Shown here one piece after another: positions 34,566 through 46,010 of a stretch of DNA of 64,000 nt. The stretch lies in assembly GCF_004010195.1 (NCBI RefSeq), contig NC_057718.1, positions 47,885,803 to 47,949,802 of the forward strand, in the 5' to 3' direction. The translations under genes were made by a program, and so were the position numbers. The notes below the pieces were generated by a model that saw nothing but the letters and a program-made list of their open reading frames with translations, was not told the DNA's origin and searched no databases. Source of the DNA: Chiloscyllium plagiosum (lineage: Eukaryota). Each line of letters begins with the position of its first letter. Position 1 is the stretch's first letter.

Positions 34566-36868
34566 CCCACGCCGATCTCCGCCCCCACGCCTAACCCTAC
34601 CCCCACCAGGTCCTAGCACCCAGCCCTGCCATATATTCACCATCCCTCCAGACCTCCCCCTCTCTGAGGATGAAAGATTAGTTCTCAGCAGAGGCCTCAC
34701 CTTCATCTCCCTACACTCCCAGATTAACAAATTCAACACGCGGCGAGACATCGAGCATTTCTTCCGCCGCCTTCGCCTCCGCGCCTACTTCTTCAACCAG
34801 GACTTCCGCCCACCCTCTGATGACCCCTTCTCCTGCCTCCAACACACCCCATCCACCTGGACACCCCGTGCTGGCCTCTTACCCACCTTCGATCTCTTCA
34901 TAGCCAACTGCCGCCGCGACATTGACCGCCTCAACCTGTCCACCCCTCTCACCCCCGCAATGTGCAACCCTCCGCTCCAACCCCAACCTCACCATCAAAC
35001 CGGCAGACAAGGGAGGTGCGGTGGTAGTTTGGCGCACCGATCTTTATATTGCTGAGGCTAAACGCTAGCTCGCGGACACCTCCTTCTACTGCCCCCTTGA
35101 CCATGACCCCACCTCCCACCACCAAACCATCATCTCCCAGACCATCCATAACCTCATCACCTCAGAGGATCTCCCATCCACCGCCTCCAACCACATAGTC
35201 CCACAACCCCGCATCGCCTGTTTCGACCTCCTGCCCAAAATCCACAAACCTGACTGCCCGGCTGACCCATTGTCTCAGCCTGCTCCTGCCCACTGAACTC
35301 ATTTCTGCATACCTTGACACGGTCCTGTCCCCCTTAGTCCAAGAACTCCCCACCTACGTTCGGGACACCACCCATGCCTTCCACCTCCTCCATGATTTTC
35401 GCTTCCCCAGCCCCCAACGCCTTATCTTCATCATGGACATCCAGTCCCTATATACCTCCATCCCCCATCACTAAGGCCTCAAAGCCCTCTGCTTCTTCCT
35501 TTCCCGCCGAACCAACCAGTACCCTTCCAGTGATACCCTCCTTCGACTGACTGAAGTGGTCCTCACCCTGAACAACTTCTCCTTCCAATCCTCCCAATTC
35601 CTCCAAACCAAAGGAGTAGCCATGGGCACCCACATGGGTCCCAGCTATGCCTGCCTCTTCGTGGGATATGTGGAACATTCCTGAAGGGCTAATGCCCGAA
35701 ACGTCGATTCTCCTGTTCCCTCGATGCTGCCTGACCTGCTGCGCTTTTCCAGCAACACATTTCCATCTCATCTTCCACAGCTATACTAGCACCACCCCCC
35801 ACCTTTTCCTCCGCTACATCGATGCCTGTATCGGCGCTACCTCATGCTCCGAGGAGGTTGAACAGTTCATCCACTTTACTAACACCTTCCACCCGACCTC
35901 AAATTTACCTTACCATCTCAGACTCCTCCCTCCCCTTCCTAGACCTCTCCATTTCTATCTCGGGCCGCGCCTCAACACAGACATTTACTATAAACTGACC
36001 GACTCCCACAGCTACCTAGATTACACCTCCTCCCACCCTGCCCCCTGCAAAAACGTCATCCCATATTCCCAATTCCTTCGCCTCCGCCGCATCTGCTCCC
36101 AGGAGGACCAATTCCAATACCGAACAACCCAGATGGCCTCCTTCTTCAAAGACCGCAATTTCCCCTCAGACGTGGTTGACGATGCTCTCCACCGCATCTC
36201 CTCCACTTCCTGCTGCTCCGCCCTTGAACCCCGCCCCTCCAAACCCAAAACCCCACTGGTCCTCACCTACCACCCCACCAACCTCCAGATACATCGTATC
36301 ATCCGCCGTCATTTCCGCCACCTCCAAACAGACCCCACCACAAAGGATNNNNNNNNNNNNNNNNNNNNNNNNNNNNNNNNNNNNNNNNNNNNNNNNNNNN
36401 NNNNNNNNNNNNNNNNNNNNNNNNNNNNNNNNNNNNNNNNNNNNNNNNNNNNNNNNNNNNNNNNNNNNNNNNNNNNNNNNNNNNNNNNNNNNNNNNNNNN
36501 NNNNNNNNNNNNNNNNNNNNNNNNNNNNNNNNNNNNNNNNNNNNNNNNNNNNNNNNNNNNNNNNNNNNNNNNNNNNNNNNNNNNNNNNNNNNNNNNNNNN
36601 NNNNNNNNNNNNNNNNNNNNNNNNNNNNNNNNNNNNNNNNNNNNNNNNNNNNNNNNNNNNNNNNNNNNNNNNNNNNNNNNNNNNNNNNNNNNNNNNNNNN
36701 NNNTTTTATCTTAGCCTGCTTGACACACCTTCCTCATTCCTGAAGAAGGGCTTATGCCCGAAATGTCGATTCTCCTGCTCCTTTGATGCTCCCTGACCTG
36801 CTGCACTTTTCCAGCAACACATTTTTAAGCTCTGATCTCCAGCATCTGCAGTCCTCATTTTCTCCTCA
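34565..36868 (+). mobile_element. Young 5'-truncated Penelope-like retrotransposon (RT, gap, terminal pLTR)
   Basis: LSEDERLVLSRGLTF..FFRRLRLRAYF; IKPADKGGAVVVW; LLPKIHK; MDIQSLYTSIPH; GVAMGT.MGPSYA; FLRYIDA (YIDD mutated); IPYSQFLRLRRICS. C-rich and CpG-rich. pLTR at 36704-36868. Several stops and frameshifts. Confidence 0.9.
36349..36703. other. Assembly gap (355 N)
   Basis: Run of n characters. Confidence 1.
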
Positions 36869-38178
36869 TCAGTGATAGGCAACATGGTTTTGTGTGATGG
36901 GAAATTGTGCCTTACCAACTTAATAGAGTTCTTTGAGAAAGTGACCAAGTTGATAGTTGAAGGAACAGCTGTTGATGTCATATACATGGACTTTAGTAAG
37001 GCATTTGAGAAGGTTCCCCATGTTTAGCTAATGGAGAAAGTGACATCACATGGTGTACAGGGTGTTCTAGCGAGATGGATAAAGAACTGGTTGAGCAAAA
37101 GGAGACAGTAGTACTTGAAGGGAGTTTCTCGAAATGGAGGAAGGTGACCAGTGGTGTTCCACAGGGATCAGTGCTGGGGCCACTGTTGTTTGTGATATAT
37201 GTAAATGGCCTGGAAGAGGGCATTGTTGGTCTGATCAGTAAGTTTGTAGATGACACGAAGATTGGGAGAGTAGCAGAAAGCATAGCAGACTGGCAAAGAT
37301 TACAGGAGAATATAGATAGACTGGAGAGTTGGGCGGAGAAGTGGCAGATTGAGTTCAATCCAGGCAAATGTGAGGTGATGTATTTTGAGAAGTGTAATTC
37401 TAGAACCAACTGTACTGTAAACTGAAGAGCCTTGGGTAAAGTTGATGAGCAGAGAGATCTGGGAGTTCAGGTCCATTGTACCCTGAAGGTGGCTGCACAG
37501 GTGGATAGAGTGGTCAAGGCGGCATGTGGTATGTGTGCCTTCATTGGAATGGGTATTGAGGTCAGGTCACGTTAAAATAGTACAAGATTTTGGTTCAGCT
37601 ACATTTAGAATATTGTGTACAGTTCTGGTCGCCACATTACCAAAAGGATGTGGATGCTTTGGAGAGGGTTCAGAGAAAGTTTACAAGGATGTTGCCTGGT
37701 ATGGAAGGGTTCAGAGAAAGTTTACAAGGATGTTGCCTGGTATGGAAGGTGCTAGCTATGAAGAGAGGTTGAATAGGTTAGGATTATTTTGATTAGAAGA
37801 AAGGAGATTGAGGTCTACAAAATCATGAAGGGGATAGACAGGGTGGATGGAGATAAGCTTTTTCCCAGGGTGAAGGATTCAGTAACAAGAGGTCATGTGT
37901 TCAAGGTGAGAAGTGAAAAGTTTAAGGGGGATAAATGTGGAAAGTATTTTACGCAGAGGGTGGTAGGTGCCTGGAACGTGTTGCCAGCAGAGGTGATAGA
38001 TGCAGGCACAGTAGATTCATTTAAGGTGCGTCTGGACAAATGCATGAGTAGGTGGGGAGTAGGGGGATACAGATGCTTAGGAATTGGCCGATAAGTATAG
38101 ACAGTGGATTTGGATCGGCTCAACCTTGGAAGGCCAAACAGCCTGTTCCTGGGCTGTACATTTTCTTCGTTCTATCTA
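36869..38178 (+). mobile_element. CR1 LINE 3' ~1.3 kb
   Basis: QHGFV..CLTNLIEFF..DVIYMDFSKAF..SGVPQGSVLGPLLF..SKFVDDTK..LEYCVQFWSP..FTQRVVGAWN, ending in a ttcgttctatcta tail. Confidence 0.92.
37665..37746 (+). repeat. Perfect 41-bp tandem duplication within CR1
   Basis: agggttcagagaaagtttacaaggatgttgcctggtatgga occurs twice. Confidence 0.95.
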
Positions 38179-39359
38179 GCAGTATTGTTTAATTATTAAA
38201 ATATGAAGGCTTTCCAAAGTACTTTTTCAATAAAATAATTAAAGGGTTGAATAGTAGAATTAAGTAATAAAGTTCCAGATTAAGAAAAATATTAATTACT
38301 GGTTCCAAACCTAAGATTGGGCCACTTCAAATTAGGTCATGATTCAAATTTTGTCAAACGCAGAAGGATGACCTTTGTGAATCACAAGCAGACATTAATG
38401 TCAACACTGCTGAGCTTCCAGAAAAGCTTCAGAATGTTTTTGTAATGGTTTATTTGTCTTCTCCTGAAACACTGACCATTTGAGAATTAAGAAAACCAGA
38501 CCTTGCAGAGGAGATAGTTTTCAGCTATTGCAACACTCCATCCAGTCCATCGTGGTTGGTTTTGCAGAAGTTTTTCCTGAATGCGAAAGTGCTGGCTTCA
38601 AGAAGAGACTTAGTTTGTTTGATAGCTTTCCCCCCCCCCCCACCCACACTACTGAATTCAGAGAATACAGAGCAGGCACTGCTGGTGGAATTTCTTTATC
38701 ACTCTTATTTATCACTGATACACTGTTCAAGTCTCACTGCAATACAGGAGTGTGGTGACAACAAAATAGAACCGCAGAGTTCTATGGTAGACAATATTTG
38801 TAACTGTAGTTTGTGGAAGGCTGCACTGGCATTGTATGAAGCCAGATGTACGTATTTAGTTGGATCAAGGCTTGGTAAGTAACTTGCAAGACTTTGAATT
38901 TGCTGTGTTTGATTTATTGCAACTGAATTGAATTTCTCAAGTATGATTTTACAGTTTAACATCTGAAAAATTATATTTTTTTTTACAAGAACAAGATTCA
39001 ATTTAAGGTCACCTAATAGACACCTTTTAGATAATGAAAGATAATAATCAAATAAATGATATATTTCACTGACCAGTGATAACAATCTTGGGGAGAAAGT
39101 ACAAATTCAAAATTATCATAAATTAAAGGGAGAGTTTAGAATTATTTCCTGCCCTGGAGTTGTCATAACATGTCCAAACAGTGGATTAAAATTTTTTTTA
39201 CACAAGATGATTAATGTTCATAATCCACTACCTCAAACCATAGGTGATTTTCAAACCAAAGTTGTGAAGAATAAAGTATTTAATTGCAAAGAATAAGATT
39301 AAAATGTGTGGAGACTAGATTTGGCTGATAGTTGATGAACAAGATCCTGCTTACATTTT

Positions 39360-39849
39360 AGAGTCATAGAGATGTACAGCATGGAAACAGACCCTTTGGT
39401 CCAATCTGTCCATGCCGACCAGATATTCCAACCCAATCTTGTCCCACCTGCCAGCACCCGGCCTATATCCCTCCAAACCCTTTCTATTCATATGCCCATC
39501 CAGATACCTTTTAAATGTTGCAATTGTACCAGCCTCCACCACATCCTCTGGCAGCTCATTCCATACACGTACCACCCTCTGTGAAAACGTTGCCCCTTAG
39601 GTCTCTTTTGTATCTTTCCACTCTCACCCTAAACCTCTGCCCTATAGTTCTGGACTCCCTGACCCCAGGGAAAAAACTTTGTCTATTTATCCTATCCATA
39701 CCCCTCATAAATTTGTAAACCTCTATAAGGTCACCCCTCAACCTCTGACCCTCCAGGGAAAACAGCCCAGCCTGTTCAGCCTCTCCCTATAGCTCAAATC
39801 CTCCAACCCTGGCAACATCCTTGAAAGGGTTCAGAAAAGATTTACAAGG
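39360..39849 (-). mobile_element. Young CR1 3' fragment with 5' inversion
   Basis: 39360-39823 is a CR1 3' end on -. 39824-39849 is the immediately upstream CR1 sequence in the opposite orientation. Confidence 0.88.
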
Positions 39850-40470
39850 TTCACATGATAAAACTTTTCTTCCACAATCCAAAAACACGGTCATAGAAGT
39901 GTTAGTGTCATGGGAATTTAAACCAGAGTCCAGTATTCCTCAATGTCATGCACATTGTCAAGGGGTAGAATCTGCATTAGTGACCATAAATGCCAAACCT
40001 CTCATGAACTGGGCACAAAAAGTAATCAAATAAAGAATATGCATTTGGCTTGTTGAAAAGGTATTTTGTTCCAGTGTAACTACAGATATATTTACATTTA
40101 ATAAAAATTATTTAAAACTTCAAAGTTCACTTTAGAGAAGTTACATCTGATATGCAGAAACTTTCAGAATAAAATCATAGACACCTTCCTTCAGGCAGTC
40201 AACTTAGATACAATATTTAGTGGCTAGCCAAATCTTTCCAACTAGAAAACTTCCAACTTGATTGAAATGTGTTAGGAGAGTGATTCAGTCTGTAGCAGAT
40301 TTTCTTTCATGTGGATAAATAAGTCTTTTTTTGATCTGGTCAATTGCGATACAGTGTTCACAAGAGTTTACAGGACTTGGGAATCAATGCTGATAAATGA
40401 AAATTCCCAGAGAAAGTCACAAAAAAATTTAAAGTTCTTTTCATATCCCAAGAAGCTAAGCAGAACTCAC

Positions 40471-40577
40471 CCGTTTCATAAAAATGTGCCAAAAGTTCAT
40501 CTTTTTCTACAAATCGCTGGTAAAGCCATTTAGTTAATGCCTCGCTCTCTATTGGAACATCCTTAATGGGATAGATC
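40471..40577 (-). CDS. LPGAT1: LPGAT1 penultimate coding exon (IYPIKDVPIESEALTKWLYQRFVEKDELLAHFYET)
   Basis: ttttctgcag acceptor, gtgagt donor, 107 nt; matches recalled LPGAT1 IFPIKDVP.E...LT.WLYQRFVEK..LL.HFYETG. Confidence 0.96.
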
Positions 40578-42384
40578 CTGCAGAAAAGAAACAAGGATAA
40601 CACTCTTTAGAAAATCATGAACAGCAAATTTGCATTTGAGGGATTCATTTTATTGTTGCAGTTTTTCTCCAAAGCTTAAAACCTTTATTTCCCTGCACAA
40701 TAAACAAGAGATGGATTCCAAAGTTTTTGTATTACACAAATGCCTGGCCAACATCCAAGCAAGGAAAATGCCAGCCACTTCCCTCTTCAACATCTTGAAG
40801 TTGCAATTGTGAGCTCTAAGATTTTGATTCTTTGGAACTGTATCTACAGGTCTATCAGATGACTAGATTTCTGGACTATATTTTCAAAAATAGGATAAAT
40901 GAAAGGGGCTCATGTGACCTGATCAACAGTTTTTCGGTTAGAGATCAAAGGAGATATCAGATTGTCTTCCTGAGAGGACACGAGGTATCTGCACACATTA
41001 GCTGCAGTTTCTGAGTATACAATTAGTCAACAGTAAGTCTTTTAAAGTCTCAAAGATATTATAGACAATGAGTTGTAAACAGTTGTGTTCTAAACTATCC
41101 ACTTATATCTATGATGAAAGGAATTGTGATGAAAAATAGTTAATTAGCATTTCTACCTAAAAGTTAGATGTTTCACATTGCCACGGGGAAGAAGGCATTG
41201 TTGTCACGGCTGACATTAGGGACAGGATTCCCTACAAATCCATGAATATTAGACACTACAGTCTGAGTTGGCCTGTAGCCATGAGAGGTACACAGCAACA
41301 CAGACAGAAGCACCCAAAACACAAAGTGCTGACTTTGTTGTTCATCACACAAAATATGGGTGGAAGCCTGTGACCAGATTGAACAGTTCATAAGGATTTA
41401 GGGGAGGCTGGAAAATTCTCCTAGTTTGGGCCAGAGGGAACGATCTACAAGGTAACCTATGCAGTGAAAGTCCAATCTGTATCAGAAGTTACCTGGCTAG
41501 GAAATTAAAAGCAAGCAAACCATAGAGCTGAAAATAATTTTGACTGGTTCTTGCATGAAGTATCCATTTACAGAATAGCGCAATTTACATCCATTAGGGC
41601 AACAGTTTCAGTTGTCTTAAAAATTAGAGAATCACTCTCTGTATTTAATATAGAAGCTGCTCACATACCAAATTGTATCTAATCAAGAGTATGTCTTTAG
41701 TTATTTGATATACTAAAGTTCTAAAATGTGAAATCTTGTCATGTCATTATTTTACATAACTTTTAAAATGGTACTTGAACTTCCAGTTATCAGTCTCGTC
41801 CAAGTTTTCAACAGCTGAGACCTCACCATAAGCTTAACAGGACCAAACAAATCAACATTGTGGCCTCAAAGCAGACCAGAGACTAAACGTTCTAAGACAA
41901 GTTACTTTTCTGACCCCGTCAAAGGCTCTCCCAACTCTAGTAGGCTCAGCACTTAGCTATCCCTCAACTTTTACTACAACAAAACAAAAACATCAAATCT
42001 CCAAGACACACAATATCCAGTCTTGGGCACACATTACTGTTTCTTCATCATAAGTAGCTCAAAATTCTGGAATTCCCTATTTAACACTATTGTTCCTGTA
42101 CTATCTCTACAAGTACTGCAGTGATTTAAGAGGAAAGCTAATCATAGACTTCTCAGGTACAGAGAGAAACGCTTAGAGTATTTGCAAATTTACATTTCAT
42201 TACTGGATATTAAATTCCAACAATCAAATAACATGCATTGTGTTTTTTTAAGAAGCAGATCAAACAGAGGGGGGTTGACTTTATACAACCCAATTTATAA
42301 CTTGTGTCCCAAAACATGCAACAGCCAATGAGCACTTTTGAAATATAGTAACCATTGTAACTTAAGCAAAACAAGAGCTAGTTC

Positions 42385-42920
42385 TGTGATGATATAGTGT
42401 CTTTAAGAAATATGTGCTGTCCTCTTTCTCTTGCAGAGGGGTGTTGTCACAGTGGTGCTGAAATAACTCCTTCAGACAGGTGGGAAATAGCTTTGGGTTC
42501 TCCCTGGGGTGTTTTTTTTTCAAAAAAATAGGACAAAAGAATCACAAATGGACAGGGTCAGGCTCACATAAACCCAAAAAGGATTTGGTTTGGTTTTCAG
42601 TTAGTTGGTAGATTTTACTGGCTGCTGGAGCTGATAGCTTGAGTTCACTGCTGCTACAGTGAAATCTTAGAGATGTTTCCTCTTTAAAAAAAAAATCAAA
42701 CTGGCAGTTTATTTTTTTTTCATTTTATTTCTACTGGACTGGAAACAGCAAGACTAACAATTGTTGCGGAACTGCTTTTGCCAAGCGTGTGTTTATGGGA
42801 TGCTGCCTATATTGGAACAGTTGATGTTTATTGGTTACATAATACACGATTTTGTTAAGTATTTCAATAGAGTAAAGTTATGTCAATTCTTCTTCGTTGT
42901 ATTTTAACTGTGCTGTACCT
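42385..42920 (+). mobile_element. Possible solo LTR remnant
   Basis: Starts tgtgatgata; non-coding, with a T-rich U5-like end. No TSD or second LTR was found. Confidence 0.3.
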
Positions 42921-42923
42921 TTC

Positions 42924-43220
42924 ATAGAATCTCTACAGTGTAGAAACAGGCCCTTCAGCCCTCCGAAGAGTGTCCCACTCAAATCCATTCCCCTACCCTA
43001 TTATCCTATATTTACCCCCTAACTAATACATCCCTGAACATTGTGGGCAATTTATCCTGCACAGCTTTGGAATTGGAACGAAACTGGAACACCCAGAGGA
43101 AACTCACAAAGACACGGGGAGAATGCGCAAATTCCACAGAGGCATTCACCTAAGGCTGGAATTGAAACTGTGTTCCTGATACTGTGAGGCAGCAGTGTGA
43201 ACCACTGAGCCACCACCCTG
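42924..43220 (-). mobile_element. HE1/V-SINE-like element with CR1-like tail
   Basis: - strand ggtggtggctcagtggttcacactgctgcctcacag head; tail gggcctgtttctacactgtagagattctatg. Confidence 0.8.
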
Positions 43221-43399
43221 TCCTTTGCCTTTTAAAAAAATATAAAAGTCGGGGTCGAGGCCATTTCCATAATTTACTTTGGGTGGGGGGGGGGGTAAGA
43301 GAAGAGATAGATAACCAATAATATTTTTGATGGTGTGGATTTGGGAATTAGTGTTTGCCAGAACACCTGAAAAACCCTGTTTTTTCCAAATGGGCTGGA

Positions 43400-46010
43400 A
43401 CATTTTACATTCACTCAAGAACAGAGAGCTTAGTTTACTGTTCAGCCTTGAACATGCTCAATGACTGAGGTTCCACAGCATTTGAGGCAGGGAATTCCAA
43501 AGACTCACCACCCTGAATGAAGAAATTCCCCCTTTTCCCCCCGCTTTAAATGGGCCACTCCTTATTCTGACATTACATCCCTGGTTCCGGATACACCAGT
43601 CACAGGGAACATTCTATTTATATCCACTCTGTCAGACTATAATAATTTTAAATACTTCAAAATTCTAGAGAACACAGTCAGTTTCCTCCATCTCTGCTCC
43701 CTTGACAATTCTGCCATTGCAGGGATTAGTCTGGTGAATGTCAATTGCTCTTATTCTATAGCAACTAAATCTTTCCTTCGGTAGGAAACAAAAAGTACAG
43801 ATTAAATTCATCAGCTGCAGACTCACCAAGGCTCTATACAATAACAACAGTTCTATATTCCAATTCACTAGCAATGATAATCAACAAACCATTTGCCTTC
43901 CTTATTGACTTTTACAGTCAATGCTAGCATGACTGCATGCTAGCTTTTAGCGACTCATGAAGGAGGACAATCAGGTCGCTATGGACACTCAACACTTCCC
44001 CAAACTCCTGCCAGTTAAGAAATAATGATTTTTTTTCTATCAAAATGATTAACTTTATACATTCAAATTATTATTCCACCTGCCACGTTTCTGCCCATTC
44101 ACTTAGCCTGTCCAATCTTGCATCTTTATCACATCTTATGTTCACACCTAGTTTTGTGTGAACCTGGAAATTTGGAATTGTTATAACTGGTCCCCACATC
44201 CAGGAAGAGGTGAAGAGGGGTTGGGAAAAAGGGAGAGGGAAGGAAGTATTGATGGGCTTACTTTTGTGGCTTGTAGCATTTGAGGTGGAATGTGGCTCAA
44301 GTTTGGAGGGGGTGAGCGTGCACGATTTGTTAGCTTTCTCCATGGGATGGTGCATGTGGAGGAGATATCTCAGAATTCAGGTGAAATCATAAGGACTTTC
44401 ATATTTATTTGATACCACACAGGTGAAACATTGGCAACCATGGCCTCCAGGCTAATGGATTCACGTTAACCCGAGGACAATGACTGAGTCTGAAGTGGTA
44501 CACTATAATGTTTTCACACATCTAATCGCATTGTAGATACACACATCTCACTGATTATGGGCAGGATAGCAGACACACACACTGATACGAGCACAGAACA
44601 GTTGCAGGACTGGCTAATGAGGAGCCTCTGAAGACATGGAAAAATGCTGGATGTACAAAACAAAATGTGGAAATGTGGTAGGACTTCCAAAGAGTTTGTA
44701 TGACCATAAGATATAGGTGCAGAATTAGACCATACAGCCCATTACGTCGGCTCCACCATTCAACCAAAATAAGTTTCTCAATCCCATTTTCCTGCCTTCT
44801 TCCTGTAACATTTAATCCCCTTACTAATGAAGGATCACGTATCTTTGTCTTAAATACATGCAATGACATGGCCTCCCCAGCCTTCTGCGGAAATCAGTTC
44901 CTGATTCACCACTCAGGTTGAAATAATTTATATCCCTGTAATCCTGCATTTCCCATGGCTAATCCATCTAACCTGCACAACTTTGGATGGGAGGGGAAAC
45001 CAGACCACCTGGAGGAAACCCAAGCAGAAAATGCACCAACTCCACATAGACAGTCGCTCGAGGTGGGGGTGGGGGGGTGGAAAATTGAACCCAGACCCTG
45101 GCACTGTTAACCATATGCCACCCTTTTTCTTTGTCCACTCTCCTAGCCTGTCCAAAAGATTTTGCAGCCTCCCCAAGTCCTCAACACTATCTGCCCCTTC
45201 GCCTACCTTTATATCATCTGCAAACTTAGCAACAAAGCTATTAATTCCTTATAACGTGAATAGTTCTAACCCCAAGGGAACTCCACTAGTCACCACCTGC
45301 CATCCTGAGAAAGATCCCTTATCACTACTCTCTGCCTTCTGTCAGTTATCCATGCCAGAATCTTGCCATAATACCATGGATTCTTATCTTAATGAACAAC
45401 CTCCCCCACTATAGTACCTTGTCAAAGGCCTTTTGGAAATCCAAATAGATTATGTCAACTGTCTCTGTTTTGTCTAACTTGCTCATTACCTCCTCAAAGA
45501 ATTCTAATAGATTTGTCAGGCATGACCTCCCCTTCATGAATCAGTGCTGACTCACCCATATTTAACAAGGCACTTCAGTGTCCAAAATCTTATCCTTAAT
45601 TATGGACTCTAAAACCTTACCAGTGACAAATATCAGCCTAACCAGCCTATAAGCTTCATGTGCTCTGCATCCCTCCCTTCTTAAACAGGGGTTACATTCC
45701 TAATTTTCCAGTCCACTGGGACTCTGACTCCAGTGACTCCTGAAAGATCACCACCCAAATGCCTCAACAATCTCCTCCAGAAGGGTATGGGTGTGGTCCA
45801 TGATTTATCCACCTTCAGACCTTTCAGTATCCCAGCATCTTCTCCTTCATGCTGGCAACTGTACTCACCTCTGCCCCGACTCTCGAAGTTCTGGTATGCT
45901 ACTGGTGTCCTGCACAGATGCAAAGTACCTACTCAGTTCCTCTGCCATTTCTTTCTTCCCCATTATTACTCCTCCAGCCTCATTTTCCAGTGTTTCAATG
46001 GATTCCTCTA
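43400..46010 (-). mobile_element. Cluster of CR1 fragments with an embedded SINE (about 44930-45125)
   Basis: Several CR1 ORF2 remnants (LDRLSEWAETWQ; LKGLKVDKS; VPVDWKIRNVTP) and a V-SINE-like segment. Confidence 0.7.

Noticed and set aside
34282..35055. 257-aa ORF as a novel gene
   Set aside because: Chance read-through from an off-frame LINE fragment into the Penelope ORF.
35647..36796. Long 355-aa and 206-aa ORFs
   Set aside because: Inflated by the N gap and made of pLTR plus frameshifted Penelope RT.
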